Below, piece after piece: positions 52,012 through 64,000 of a DNA stretch of 64,000 nucleotides; position 1 is the stretch's first letter, and each line of letters begins with the position of its first letter. Origin of the DNA: Malacoraja senta (lineage: Eukaryota); assembly GCA_038087875.1 (NCBI GenBank), contig CM075988.1, positions 13,518,001 through 13,582,000 of the forward strand, given 5' to 3'. The notes under the pieces were generated by a model, which saw nothing but the letters and a program-made list of their open reading frames with translations, was not told where the DNA came from and searched no databases. The position numbers were made by a program, and so were the translations under genes.

Positions 52012-52760
52012 ATAGAAACATAGACAATAGGTGCAGGAGTAGGCCATTCGGCCCTTCGAGCCTGCACCGCCATTCAATATGATCATGGCTGATCATCCAA
52101 CTCAGTATCCTGTACCTGCCTTCTCTCCATACCCCCTGATCCCTTTAGCCACAAGGGCCACATCTAACTCCCTCTTAAATATAGCCAATGAACTGGCCTC
52201 AACTACCTTCTGTGGCAGAGAATTCCACAGATTCACCACTCTCTGTGTGAAAAATGATTTTCTCATCTTGGTCCTAAAAGACTTCCCCTTTATCCTTAAA
52301 CTGTGACCCCCTTGTTCTGGACTTCCCCAACATCGGGAACAATCTTGCTGCATCTAGCCTGTCCAACCCCTTAAGAATTGTATAAGTTTCTATAAGATCC
52401 CCCCTCAATCTTCTAAATTCGAGCAAGTACAAGCCGAGTCTATCCAGTCTTTCTTCATATGAAAGTCCTGACATCCCAGGAATCAATCTGGTGAACCTTC
52501 TCTGTACTCCCTCTATGGCAAGAATGTCTTTCCTCAGATTTGGAGACCAAAACTGTACGCAATACTCCAGGTGTGGTCTCACCAAGACCCTGTACAACTG
52601 CAGTAGAACCTCCCTGCTCCTATACTCAAATCCTTTTGCTATGAATGCTAACATACCATTCGCTTTCTTCACTGCCTGCTGCACCTGCATGCCCACTTTC
52701 AATGACTGGTGTACCATGACACCCAGGTCTCGTTGCATCTCCCCTTTTCCCAATCGGCGA
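52012..52760 (-). mobile_element. Young CR1 LINE 3' ~750 bp
   Basis: ORF 52274..52888 QRDLGVMVHQSLK...AVKKANGMLAFIAKGFEYRSREVLLQLYRVLVRPHLEYCVQFWSP, plus ORF 52102..52353 and tail. Confidence 0.93.
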
Positions 52761-54446
52761 CCATTCAGCGGATTGTTCTTTGCACAAGAAACCAGCATCT
52801 GCATAGACGCTGGAAATTGGACGGAAAAAAAACTGCTGGAGAAACTAAATGGGTCGGGTGGGATTTGTGGAGGAAATGAACAGACCACATCGTGGGTCAG
52901 GATCCCTCATCAGACTGGAAATATATGAAGCCTATATTGTGGAACTGATTGTTTTTTCATACATCACTACACTGTGGGTTGAATGCAGAAAAAAAGGTGT
53001 TTCTGTATGTATCACAAATAGTGTAGCATGGAGATGTAGCTGCTGTGAAACAACACCATGGACCTTGCTCTGATACTGACCAAGGGAGTTGTCTACCTAT
53101 GTTCTCTCCTTGATTGCTTGGGCTTCCATCGGGTGCTCTGATTTCCTCCCACGTTCCATAGATGTGCTGGTATGTTAATTGCTACGGTAAATTGCTGTTT
53201 AATGCAGGTTAATGTCAAAAAGGATCAGAGGGATGTTGATGGGCATGTGTGAGAGAGAGCCCAGCAGGGGTACAGGGAAATAAGCAGAGAGGAAATAGGA
53301 TGGATAGGATTGCTCCCACGGGAGCTGGCGTATACACAGAGGGGTGAATGGCTTCCATCTGTGTGTCATTATAGGATGTGAATAAGGTGCTATTTTGATG
53401 AAAAAATACTTGCCAGTTTGATAGGCTGCACCATGGTCCTGGCTATATATTACCCAAATAGAAGTGAGTAATGATTATTGTGTAGCTCCAGCTGTAATCA
53501 GTCACTTCTTAATGTGTCAGCGGTCGTGTAAAATATTCTGTGACTTCTTCTCTAAAAATCTGGATCACTGCATACAGGAGCCGCTGAGCACAACTTGGAC
53601 TGTGAGTTGGATGATTCAAATAAACAGAAACTGGCCATCCTGGGAACGATGATTTGTAAAATTAGCAAGTACACATAAGTCTATGAAACTGCAAGAAATA
53701 TTACTCTTTCCGCCCCATGTTCAGACCTAAGGCAATGGATAAATAAGCTTAAAAAAAATCTTTACCATATCAGTTGTAATGATAATGAAAACATTGTTCA
53801 GTATATCTTAGTGCAATTTCTGTGGTAAAGAATCTTACAATGATTCTAAGGGGATGATCAGCCATGATCACATTGAATGGTGGTGCTGGCTCGAAGGGCC
53901 GAATGGCCTACTCCTGTACCTATTGTCTAATTGCTTCACTGTTTGACTCATAAATTGGAGATTCGCAGCACACATTTCAATGATATTCAGAGTGTAGCAT
54001 CCTGACAAAAGTTAACCAGTTTATGCAAGGATTATTGATTGAATTCTCATGAGCAGATGGTCTATATTTGCACTCTGACATTCTGATATACTATGACATC
54101 TCTTGTACAACATATATTCCACCCAGGTTCCTCACAATATGGAGAAGATCAACATTCTCAAACTTGCCCATGACCATCACAAACTTATTTTCAGTTGCCA
54201 AAGACAGTAATAAGAATGGATGCAAAGTGCTGGAACAACTCAGTGTGTCAGGCATCATCTCTTGAAAACATGGATAGGTGATGTTTTGGGTTGGGACCCT
54301 TCTTTAGACATAAGAAGGGACTCTAAGACTATATATTTCTGCAACACAAGGCAGCTACATTTTTAATCAAAGGTGCCATTGGATTATTCTTGTACAATTA
54401 TCTTCTCTATAAAGATCATGTTTAACAAATGGAATATAAGCAGTGA

Positions 54447-55372
<926 letters not shown>

Positions 55373-57333
55373 TACAAATTCTTCTATCACCTATTCCTTA
55401 TTCAGGCACACGCACACAGCAGGATAAAGTTTAGAGAAGGGAACTATGACATTTCATACAAAGCTTTAGAATTCCTATGTTATTTAGGGCTGTACTTCTA
55501 CGGCATCTTCCACTGGCAAATACGGTTTGGGCTCCAGTAAAACAGGATTCTTTGCATATCTCCCTCTGGGGGCAGAAGCATAAAATCTTTCATTTTTATA
55601 ACACCTTTTACAAACTCTGGATTCCCAAATGATTTTTATGTCAAGTACATCTAAAACGTGTTTATTGCTGTAATATAGGAGAGGGAGCTCCATTTACACC
55701 CTTTATGTCCCATCATTAACATTGTGATAATAAAAGGTAATGTGTTATTCAGTGATAATTTATTGATCGGAAGAAGGGTTCCGACCTGAAATGCCACCTA
55801 TTCCTTTTCTCCAGAGATGCTGCCTGACCCGCTGAGTTACTCCAGCATTTTGTGTCTATCTTTGATTGATTAATATTAGCTAAGACTCCAGAAATGACTG
55901 AAATTGAGAAATTTCGGATCTGAAAGGCAACAACATCAGCAAGATTCCTTCAGTTTGCACTAGAATGCCCAGCAGATCTTAGAAGCAGGGATGAACCCAC
56001 ACCATGTTGACACACAAGTGGGTGCTATGAACTGAGCCAGAGTTATCCCTTCCAGAATCCCATAGGTCATATTGTGTTGGTTTAAAGGATCCCTCATGCA
56101 GTAGTTACAATTTTAAAAGTGTGGAGGTGGACTCTCTCTGTGTGAACATTCAGGCTTTCATCAAGTGGATTTCAATTGATTTTCAATCAGTGATGTCAAA
56201 CTGATATTTAGGCTCCATTCAGGGGTGATAGGATACAATCTGAGATTATAGAGCCCAGCGAAAAACATAGCATTTCTTGTGAGAGTTAGCTTACTGCACT
56301 AAATATGTCACATAAATACATCACTAACCTTAGGAAAACAAATGCCCAGAAATCAGAAATCAGAATAAATCAATTATGCAGTGGTCTTCTTGGTGACATT
56401 GAGGAAATGGTAGAATTGGAGTGGGTGTCTCTGGCCAGGTCTATATGAAAGGTCATCGACTGAAACATGAACTCTGTTTGGCTCTCCACAGATGCTGCCA
56501 GGTCTTCTGGTATTTCTAGCCTTTCTTTGCTTTTTATTTCAGATTTCCAGTTTATTTACTTTTCCCTTCAGTTCATAGCAATTTCTCACAAAGGAAGGTA
56601 ATGTACTAAGTTCATCGACTTGGTTGATGTGGGAATGATAGGTCAACAGAGGAAGCAAAATGTGTAGTGTCTGAGTAAGAGTGTGTGTGTGTGTGTGTGT
56701 ACGCATGTGTGTGAACGCGTGTGTGAATACATAGGCAAGAGTGTAGATGTATATATGTATACATGTGTGCATGTGCATGCATTAAACAACACTATCTATA
56801 GTGCTGTCAAAGTCACCAAGTGACGCGTTGTGTATTTTACACCATTGTTCAATTGTGCACTCGTGTTTTCCCTTGGTAGTATGTGATTCACCGGAGCATC
56901 AGTGTCTGACAAAGAAAACCTCATTGCTCTGTCCTGCAGCCCCTCTCTCCTGCACGATGATCATAATGTGTGTTTCTGCTGTGTGGCTGTCGGAAGGAGT
57001 ATGTTTTACTGCCAATGCCCTCCTTTGATTGCTACACAGGAAATTGGCAGCTGTAATAACTGGGAGTGTCCCTTCGGGGCTCATTCAGGTCACAACTTGA
57101 ACCATATTTCTTATGTGGAAACTGCACTATCACTGTTACATACTAGCCTGCAGCCAATTTTCTTTTCTTTTGGGGTGGGGGGAAGGGAAACACAGCACAT
57201 TCATTCAGCAAGTAGAAAAATACATCTGCAAGGTGAAAGGTGATTTCAGGACATTATTTAGCTTTCATGTTAAGGTGGATATTTCTGAAGAAAGGAAGAC
57301 TTGCACCGTCAGATCTCTTTGAGGAATTTGTGC

Positions 57334-57633
57334 GGGTGCACGGTGGCGCAGCGGTAGAGATGCTGCCTGACAGTGCCAGAGACCCAGGTTCGATTCTGAC
57401 CACGGGTGCTGACTGTATGGGGTTTGTATGTTCTCCCTGTGATCTGCGTGGGTTTCCTCCTACACTCCAAAGATGTACAGGTTTGTAGGCCAATTGGTTC
57501 AGTAAAATTGTAAATTATCGCTCGTGTGTGTAGGATAGTGCAAGTGTGCGGGGATCGCTGGTCGGCACTGGTCGGTGGGACAAAAGGCCTGTTTCCGTGC
57601 TGTATCTCTAAATTAAACTAAACTAAACTAAAT
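57334..57633 (+). mobile_element. HE1-type SINE
   Basis: Head gcacggtggcgcagcggtagag, B-box ggttcgatt, (taaac)n tail. Confidence 0.87.
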
Positions 57634-57946
57634 CTTGCAAAGTTAAATGGCCGCAGCATGGTGGCACAACTACCAGCCATGGCTGTCTCACAGGTCCGGC
57701 GGCTTCAGTTCGATTCTGACCAATGTTGCTGTCAATCTAGAGTTTGCACATTTCTCCTGATGCTGTATGGGTTTTCTCGAGCTACTCAGGTTTTTTCCCA
57801 CAAGGGGCGGTAGGTTAAATGGCCACTGTAAATTACTCCTGGGGTGTGGGTGAGTGGAAGAATTTGAGGGGTGTTAACGATAATGTATAATTTATTATCG
57901 ATAATGTAGAAAATAATGAAGTTGGTGTGGGAATCGTGTGAATATA

Positions 57947-58332
57947 GATACATAGATACATAGAAAATAGGTGCAGGAGTAGGCCATTCGGCCCTTCGAG
58001 CCTGCACCGCCATTCAATATGATCATGGCTGATCATCCAACTCTGTATCCCGTACCTGCCTTCTCTCCATACCCCCTGATCCCCTTAGCCACAAGGGCCA
58101 CATCTAACTCCCTCTTAAATATAGCCAATGAACTGGCCTCAACTACCCTCTGTGGCAGAGAGTTCCAGAGATTCACCACTCTCTGTGTGAAAACGTTTTT
58201 CCTCATCTCGGTCTTAAAGGATTTCCCCCTTATCCTTAAGCTGTGACCCCTTGTCCTGGACTTCCCCAACATCGGGAACAATCTTCCTGCATCTAGCCTG
58301 TCCAACCCCATAAGAATTTTGTACGTTTCTAT
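57947..58332 (-). mobile_element. Young CR1 LINE 3' end
   Basis: Nearly identical to 52012-52395; ORF 58033..58386. Confidence 0.92.
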
Positions 58333-58977
58333 AATGGGTGCTTGACGATCAGTGCAGACTTGGTGGGCTGAAGATCCTATTTTCATGTGTAGGAAGGAAC
58401 TTCAGATGCTGGTTTAAACCGAAGATAGACACAAAAAGCTGGAATATCTCTGCGGGACTGGCAGCATCTCTGGAGAGAAGGAATGGGTGACGTTTCGGGT
58501 CGAGACCATTCCTATTTTCATGCTGTATAACTATGATGCTTTGACATTTTCAAAGTGTAATCTGCATTATAATGCAGGAATATACATTACATTCATGATA
58601 CACAATGCGTAAATTTATTATTCACTACTATATGTAATATTTTTGAACAGTGTTGATTTTTGACATTTCTGGTATTGCTTGCTGATTTTAATTAGCATTT
58701 TGCAGTTAAAGCTGCAGGGGAAAAAATCCTGCAGTATCAAATTTGACAGGAAATGTCAAGTGAATGAAGCAAATGATAATACAATAGTTCGAGGTCAGAT
58801 CTGCGGGACCTATATTTTTCCTGAGGTGATTAAATATGTCGTTGAGTCTGAACATCATCTATGAGAGGAATGGATTTATTTCTTATTTCGTTGTTTTTTA
58901 ATGTCGTTAAGTTCACATCATTTAAGATCTTTTCGGGGAACTTTGTTCTCATAGAATAGGGCAAGAGGCAGTCATTC

Positions 58978-59298
58978 GGGCGGCACAGTGGCACAGTGGT
59001 AGAGTTGCTGCCTTACATCGCTTACAGCACCAGAGACCCGGGTTCGATCCCGACTATGGGTGCTGCTTGTACGGAGTTTGTACGTTCTCCCCGTGACCCG
59101 CGGGGGGTTTTCTCAGAGATCTTTGGTTTCCCCCAACACTCCAAAGAAGTACAGGTTTGTAGGTTAGTTGACGTGGTATAAGTGTAAATTGTCCCTAGTG
59201 TGTGTAGGACAGTGTTAATGTGTGGGGATCGCTGGTCGGTGCAGACTCGGTAGGCCAAAGGGCTTGTTTCCATGCTGTATCTCTAAACTAAACTAAAT
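58978..59298 (+). mobile_element. HE1-type SINE, full length
   Basis: Head, core and tail as in the other copies. Confidence 0.88.
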
Positions 59299-59465
59299 TC
59301 AGGAAATAGTATGATTTGCTGGATTTGCTGCCTTGTAGGAAACCTTGTTCAGCAGAATTTCAGGGATGTGCTCCGTAGGAACTTCCAGTCATTAGTTTTA
59401 GCTGTTCTGGTTGAAGCCATTTCAGCTCATGTTGAGCTTTCAGGTGCAGAATGGATTTTCCGTTC

Positions 59466-59665
59466 NNNNNNNNNNNNNNNNNNNNNNNNNNNNNNNNNNN
59501 NNNNNNNNNNNNNNNNNNNNNNNNNNNNNNNNNNNNNNNNNNNNNNNNNNNNNNNNNNNNNNNNNNNNNNNNNNNNNNNNNNNNNNNNNNNNNNNNNNNN
59601 NNNNNNNNNNNNNNNNNNNNNNNNNNNNNNNNNNNNNNNNNNNNNNNNNNNNNNNNNNNNNNNNN
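59466..59665. other. Assembly gap (200 N)
   Basis: Run of N; a CR1 tail begins immediately after it (59666-59835). Confidence 1.
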
Positions 59666-60049
59666 AATTTAAAAGAGAGTTAGATAGAGCTCTTGGGGCT
59701 AGAAGAATCAAAGGGTATGGGGAGAAGGCAGGCATGGGTTACTGATTGTGGATGATCAGCCATGATTACAATGAATGGCGGTGCTGGCTTGAAGGCCGAA
59801 TGGCCTCCTCCTGCACTATTTTCTTTGTTTCTATGTAGTATAAGGGTGGGAAATTGTAACTTTGTAAGCACCCTTCAGGGGCGACTATTGCACACCTTGG
59901 CAAGTTTGAAGCAAAGAATTTCACTGTGACTTGTCACATGTGACATGAAGTTTTCATTCGTTTATTCACCTTGATGCCAGATTAAATAAAACCAGCTTGT
60001 TGATCACAAACTGGAGATCTGATTACCAGACTGATACTGGAAATAAAAG

Positions 60050-60513
60050 GAAAGACACAAAATGCTGGAGTAACTCAGTGGGACAGGCAGCATCTCTGAT
60101 AGAAGGAATGGTTGACATTTCGGGTCAAAAGCCTTCTTCAGACTGAGTGGCATGGGAGAGGGGAGACATAGAGATAAGGAAGGGTAAGGTGTGAAAATGA
60201 GACGTCAAAAGCGATACAGGTCAAGGAAAATGTAGAATAGATCATTGTTAGCTTGGAGAAGGTGACAACAAAGCAAACAGAGATAAAATGTAGTCAGGGG
60301 GACAGTCAGACTGATCGGAGAACTGGGAAGGGGGAGGAGGGGGGGGGGGGGGGGAGGGGGGGGGGGGGGGGGGGGGGGGGGGAGAGAGGGGAAAGCAAGA
60401 GTCAGTTGAAGAAGTCAATATTCATACCGCTGGGGTATAAGCTGCCCAAGCAAAAAATTAGGTGCTGTTCCTCCAATTTGTGCTGGGCCTCACTCTGACA
60501 ATGGAGGAGGCCC
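60050..60513 (-). mobile_element. Penelope-like 3' fragment with expanded poly-G
   Basis: Parallels 39840-40262. Confidence 0.8.
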
Positions 60514-60592
60514 ACTAATCCATAAAAGGTTCAGGTTGTGAGCCTAGGTTTGCTACCATAGGAGATGATGTTGAAATGTTTAAGATTATTTA

Positions 60593-62028
60593 AGGGCCTG
60601 TCCCACTTAGGCGATTTTTTTGGCGACTGCCAGCGACAGTCACAGTCGTAGCAGGTCGCCGAAAAACCGGCGACTGGACCCCCCCCACGACAATGTTTAT
60701 GACAACCTACCACCTAGCCGACGTCGATCTACGGCAAGCTACTGACAACTGGTGACCCATTAGGACGTCCACCTACGACCACACCTACAACAACCTACAG
60801 CAAAACCTACGACAACTTGTCAACCTATGTCCACCCGCGACAAGCTACGACAAGCTACGACCCTGTCGGCGACAACTGAAGATATTTGTCTGTCGCCGTT
60901 TGACGTGGGTTGATGTAGGTTGTTGCCAATGGAATTCACCGAAGTCATCACCCGGCGACAACCTACGTCACCTGGCAACAACCTGCGTCATCCTGGCGAC
61001 AACCTATGACAGCACCTGATACAGGAGAAGACAAGCTACGTCAATCCCATAGTCGCCGAAAGATTTTGAAAATTTCAAAATCCAGCAGCGACAAGAAAAG
61101 AGTTATGACTCCTTATAATAATAATAATAATAATCAATTTTATTTATGGGCGCCTTTATACCAAAGTCTCAAGGACACCTTACAGAGTTTAACAAGTAAG
61201 AAACATATAATCGGAGTAAAATAAATTATAAAGACATCACCAATACACAAATTAAAAACAGAATTCGATCCAAAGACACAAAAAAAACCAAATCAGAAAC
61301 ACAATGTGAAGACAGAGCAGCGGCAGCTAAACCGCGCCAGCGTCCACTCTCCCTTCCGACCGCCATCTTGGACACAGACTAAAATAGACGCTACATACAA
61401 AAATCATTCCCCCACAATGGTTACCACTGTGGGGGAAGGCACAATGTCCAGTCCCCATCCCCAGTTCTCCCAAAGTTAGGCCTATTGAGGCCTCCGCTAT
61501 TGCCTCTACGGAGGCCCGATGTTCCTGGCCGTTCTCACCGGGTGCTGTTGCCCGGCGTCGGGAGAGTTCTCTCAGCGGCTGGGCCACCTGGAACGGCCGC
61601 ATTACTTACCGGAGGCCGCGGCTCTTTGGATCTTTGGTTTTCAGGGACCTAGAAGATCTGCCGGAAGGTAAAATGCCCGCTAACTTTATTAAACTTCTTA
61701 AAACTGTCTCCACTCCTTCTCCCCCCCTTCTCTCCCCTTCTCTCCCCTTCTCCCCTTCTCCCCCCTTCTCTTCCCCTTCTCTTCCCTTTCTCTCCCCTTC
61801 TCTTCCCCTTCTCTCTCCCTTCTCTGTCCTTCTCTCCCCTTCTTTCCCCTTCTCTACCTCCCTCCCGCGCTCTCTAAGGACTTACCGTGTTCTGTGGCAG
61901 CCGTTTCCTAAGTGGGACAGGGGCATTAGGCGACTTGAGGAGACAACTCACGACCATACAGGCATCACCCCGCAACCACGTGGCGACAGCGTAGTCGCTG
62001 AAAAAATCGTCTAAGTGGGACCGGTCCT
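60593..62028. mobile_element. Harbinger-like MITE with TTA TSD, containing a nested retroelement
   Basis: TTA|agggcctgtcccacttaggcgattttt ... aaaaaatcgtctaagtgggaccggtcct|TTA. Internal cgacaa-rich and ttctcccc repeats. Confidence 0.82.
61115..61625 (-). mobile_element. GC-rich non-autonomous retroelement with L2-like tail
   Basis: Minus strand ends tgtaaggtgtccttgag...aaaggcgcccataaataaaattga(tta)n. Shares cactgtggNggaaggcacaa..ccagtcc with 8685-8719. Confidence 0.65.
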
Positions 62029-62436
62029 TTAAGGACTAGATAATGCAGAAGGTTTATTTCGCAAGAAAGAGTACAATACAAAAGAGACCTAACGTCAAAA
62101 TTAGAACAAGACTATTGATGAGATGTCTGATCCAAGAAAGCACTGTTGACGGAATTTTTTTAGAAATAGGGAATCCTCTCCTAAGCAGATTTTGAGGGTG
62201 GGTCAATGGTAAATTTCTGAATTGTGTTAGTCTGAATTGTGTAGTCAGATGTCTTGCTCTTCTTCTTGTATTCATCACAAATCATCAGCCACAACCTGGA
62301 AATCCAAAACATGTTCTATCCACGTTCTAGGAATCTAGCAATAGTCACAATATTAGCGGCTTGTATGTTAGATATTTTGGAATCATATGGATTCTGATCA
62401 AAGAATTTGGGAGGAACTTTTGAAGCTGTGTACAAG

Positions 62437-62484
62437 AGCTCTATTATAGTAACTATTCCTAGCTCTATTATAGTAACTATTCCT
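62437..62484. repeat. Exact 24-bp tandem duplication
   Basis: agctctattatagtaactattcct x2. Confidence 0.95.
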
Positions 62485-63365
62485 AGTAGAAACAGGAATA
62501 GAGCATGTTTTGAGATTTTCAGGTCACGATCATATTTCATCTGCATCTAGAGGAAGTGTTTAGTTCTTGTAGGTGGGGTGGCGTGTGTAGGTTGGGGTGG
62601 ATTGGGGGGGGAGAGGGGGGGGGTGGCTGTACTTCTTTCATTTGATGAGTGGATTGTAATGTGGCAGTGATGCAAGTAGTCCATTACAGTAAAGTCTGGT
62701 CTTGGTAATAGATTTGATTCTGTTAGTGGTTTGAATGATGTTCTTAAAATTGTGGTAATTTATATCCTGGCTCTTTAACACCATAAGCTAAACTGAGCGA
62801 TATTGAAGCCTGTGCAGATTTGTTTATGCTCGGTATGCATTAAGTTGAGGAAAGCTTTTTTTTTTCACTTTGCAGGGAATAAATTCTGCCAGTGCCTAAA
62901 TGAGTTTGCAAATCTCCTGAATGGAGGTTACAGCTAAAGTGCACACTCAGTCTCCAGCTTCTGCATGATTGGCACTGGCACAACAAAGGTAATTGCAAAT
63001 GAAAAAAAATCGGCTCCTGGGGTGAGGCTTTTAACTATCTTTCTGGAAAAAAAAATGAAAGTCATGTTCATAAGTTCATAAGATCATAAGATGTTAAGTG
63101 ATAGGAGTTAGAATTAGGCCATTCGGCCATCATGTCAACTCTGCCATTCAATCATGGCTGATCTATCTCTCCTAACCCTATTCTCCTGCCTTCTTTTCAT
63201 AAACTTTAGAACCATATTGAAAAGAAACACACAGAATATTACCTCGAGTCTGTGGCTGAGAATGGTGTGTTCTTGTAACTCCTAATATTTAAAACATGAG
63301 AGAAGAATAATCCAAGGAATTCCTGTCATGAGATGAGAGCAGTATCACTGGCTATCTCAATTAGT

Positions 63366-63392
63366 TATATATATATATATATATATATATAT
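63366..63392. repeat. (TA)n microsatellite
   Basis: Seen directly. Confidence 0.95.
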
Positions 63393-64000
63393 AATGAGGC
63401 AGAGGGAAATATTGTTGGAGACACAGGAAACTGCAGATGCTGGTTTACAAAGAAAGTGTTGGAGTATTCAATGGATCAGGCAGCATTTCTGGAGAATATG
63501 AATGGGTAATGTTTCAGGTCAGGACCCTTCAGTGTGAAGAAGTGTCATGACCCGTAATGTCAAATAATGGTGGTTTTATTTTGACCAGATCAAATTTGCA
63601 TCAGAATTGTAATTAAACACACTGGCCTGTTTTCTCAGACCTTAAATGGTGTCTTGCACCTCCAATAAAGCAGGCAGGATGGGCAGTAATTGCTAACTGA
63701 AAGTTCTTTGTATTGATAAATGCCAAAAATAATTGGTGGAGTATTCATTCCCAAAATGCTCATCTAATTTGAGTTTTCTTTCCATCTTTGCTACACGAAG
63801 CATAAATTTGCAGCCATTTTGTGTATATTCGTGGTTCATCTTAGCTGAAAATGACATTGCAAAGAGATGATCAGAAGTTTCCCACACTTAATATTGACTG
63901 ACAATATAAATATAAAAACTAAAACTAAAATGCAGATGCTGAAAATCTGAAATGAAAAGTGAAAATGCTGGAAATAGTCAGTAAGTCAGGGAGCAGGTGA

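Noticed and set aside
59311..59745. ORFs spanning the N run
   Set aside because: Artefacts of the assembly gap.
60337..60385. Long poly-G, possible G-quadruplex
   Set aside because: Expansion of the G-tract in a Penelope fragment; homopolymer length is unreliable.

Overview
Repeat-rich vertebrate genomic DNA. The repeat content (HE1-type tRNA-derived SINEs, CR1 LINEs, Penelope-like remnants) points to a cartilaginous fish, probably a skate or ray (inference). One protein-coding gene is well supported: B3GAT1 (GlcAT-P, HNK-1 glucuronyltransferase) on the minus strand, with four coding exons (38597-38486, 36941-36427, 23418-23122, 11756-11670). These splice at GT-AG sites into a 1011-nt CDS encoding 336 aa. 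A donor 8 nt after the stop suggests a 3'UTR intron. The rest is intron or flank filled with nested transposon debris: two L1/Tx1-type ORF2 fragments, many CR1 and SINE copies, Penelope-like arms and hairpins carrying hammerhead-ribozyme-like cores, three PIF/Harbinger-like MITEs, a non-autonomous Helitron, a Vingi-like 3' end, and a GC-rich non-autonomous retroelement group with apparently swapped 3' tails. There is a 200-N gap at 59466-59665. No clearly new biological system is demonstrable from sequence alone. The best leads are the hammerhead-like motifs, the tail-swapping GC-rich elements with a covarying hairpin, and the compact acceptor/uORF cluster before the B3GAT1 ATG. Repeat family names come from recalled motifs, not database searches, and repeat boundaries are approximate.
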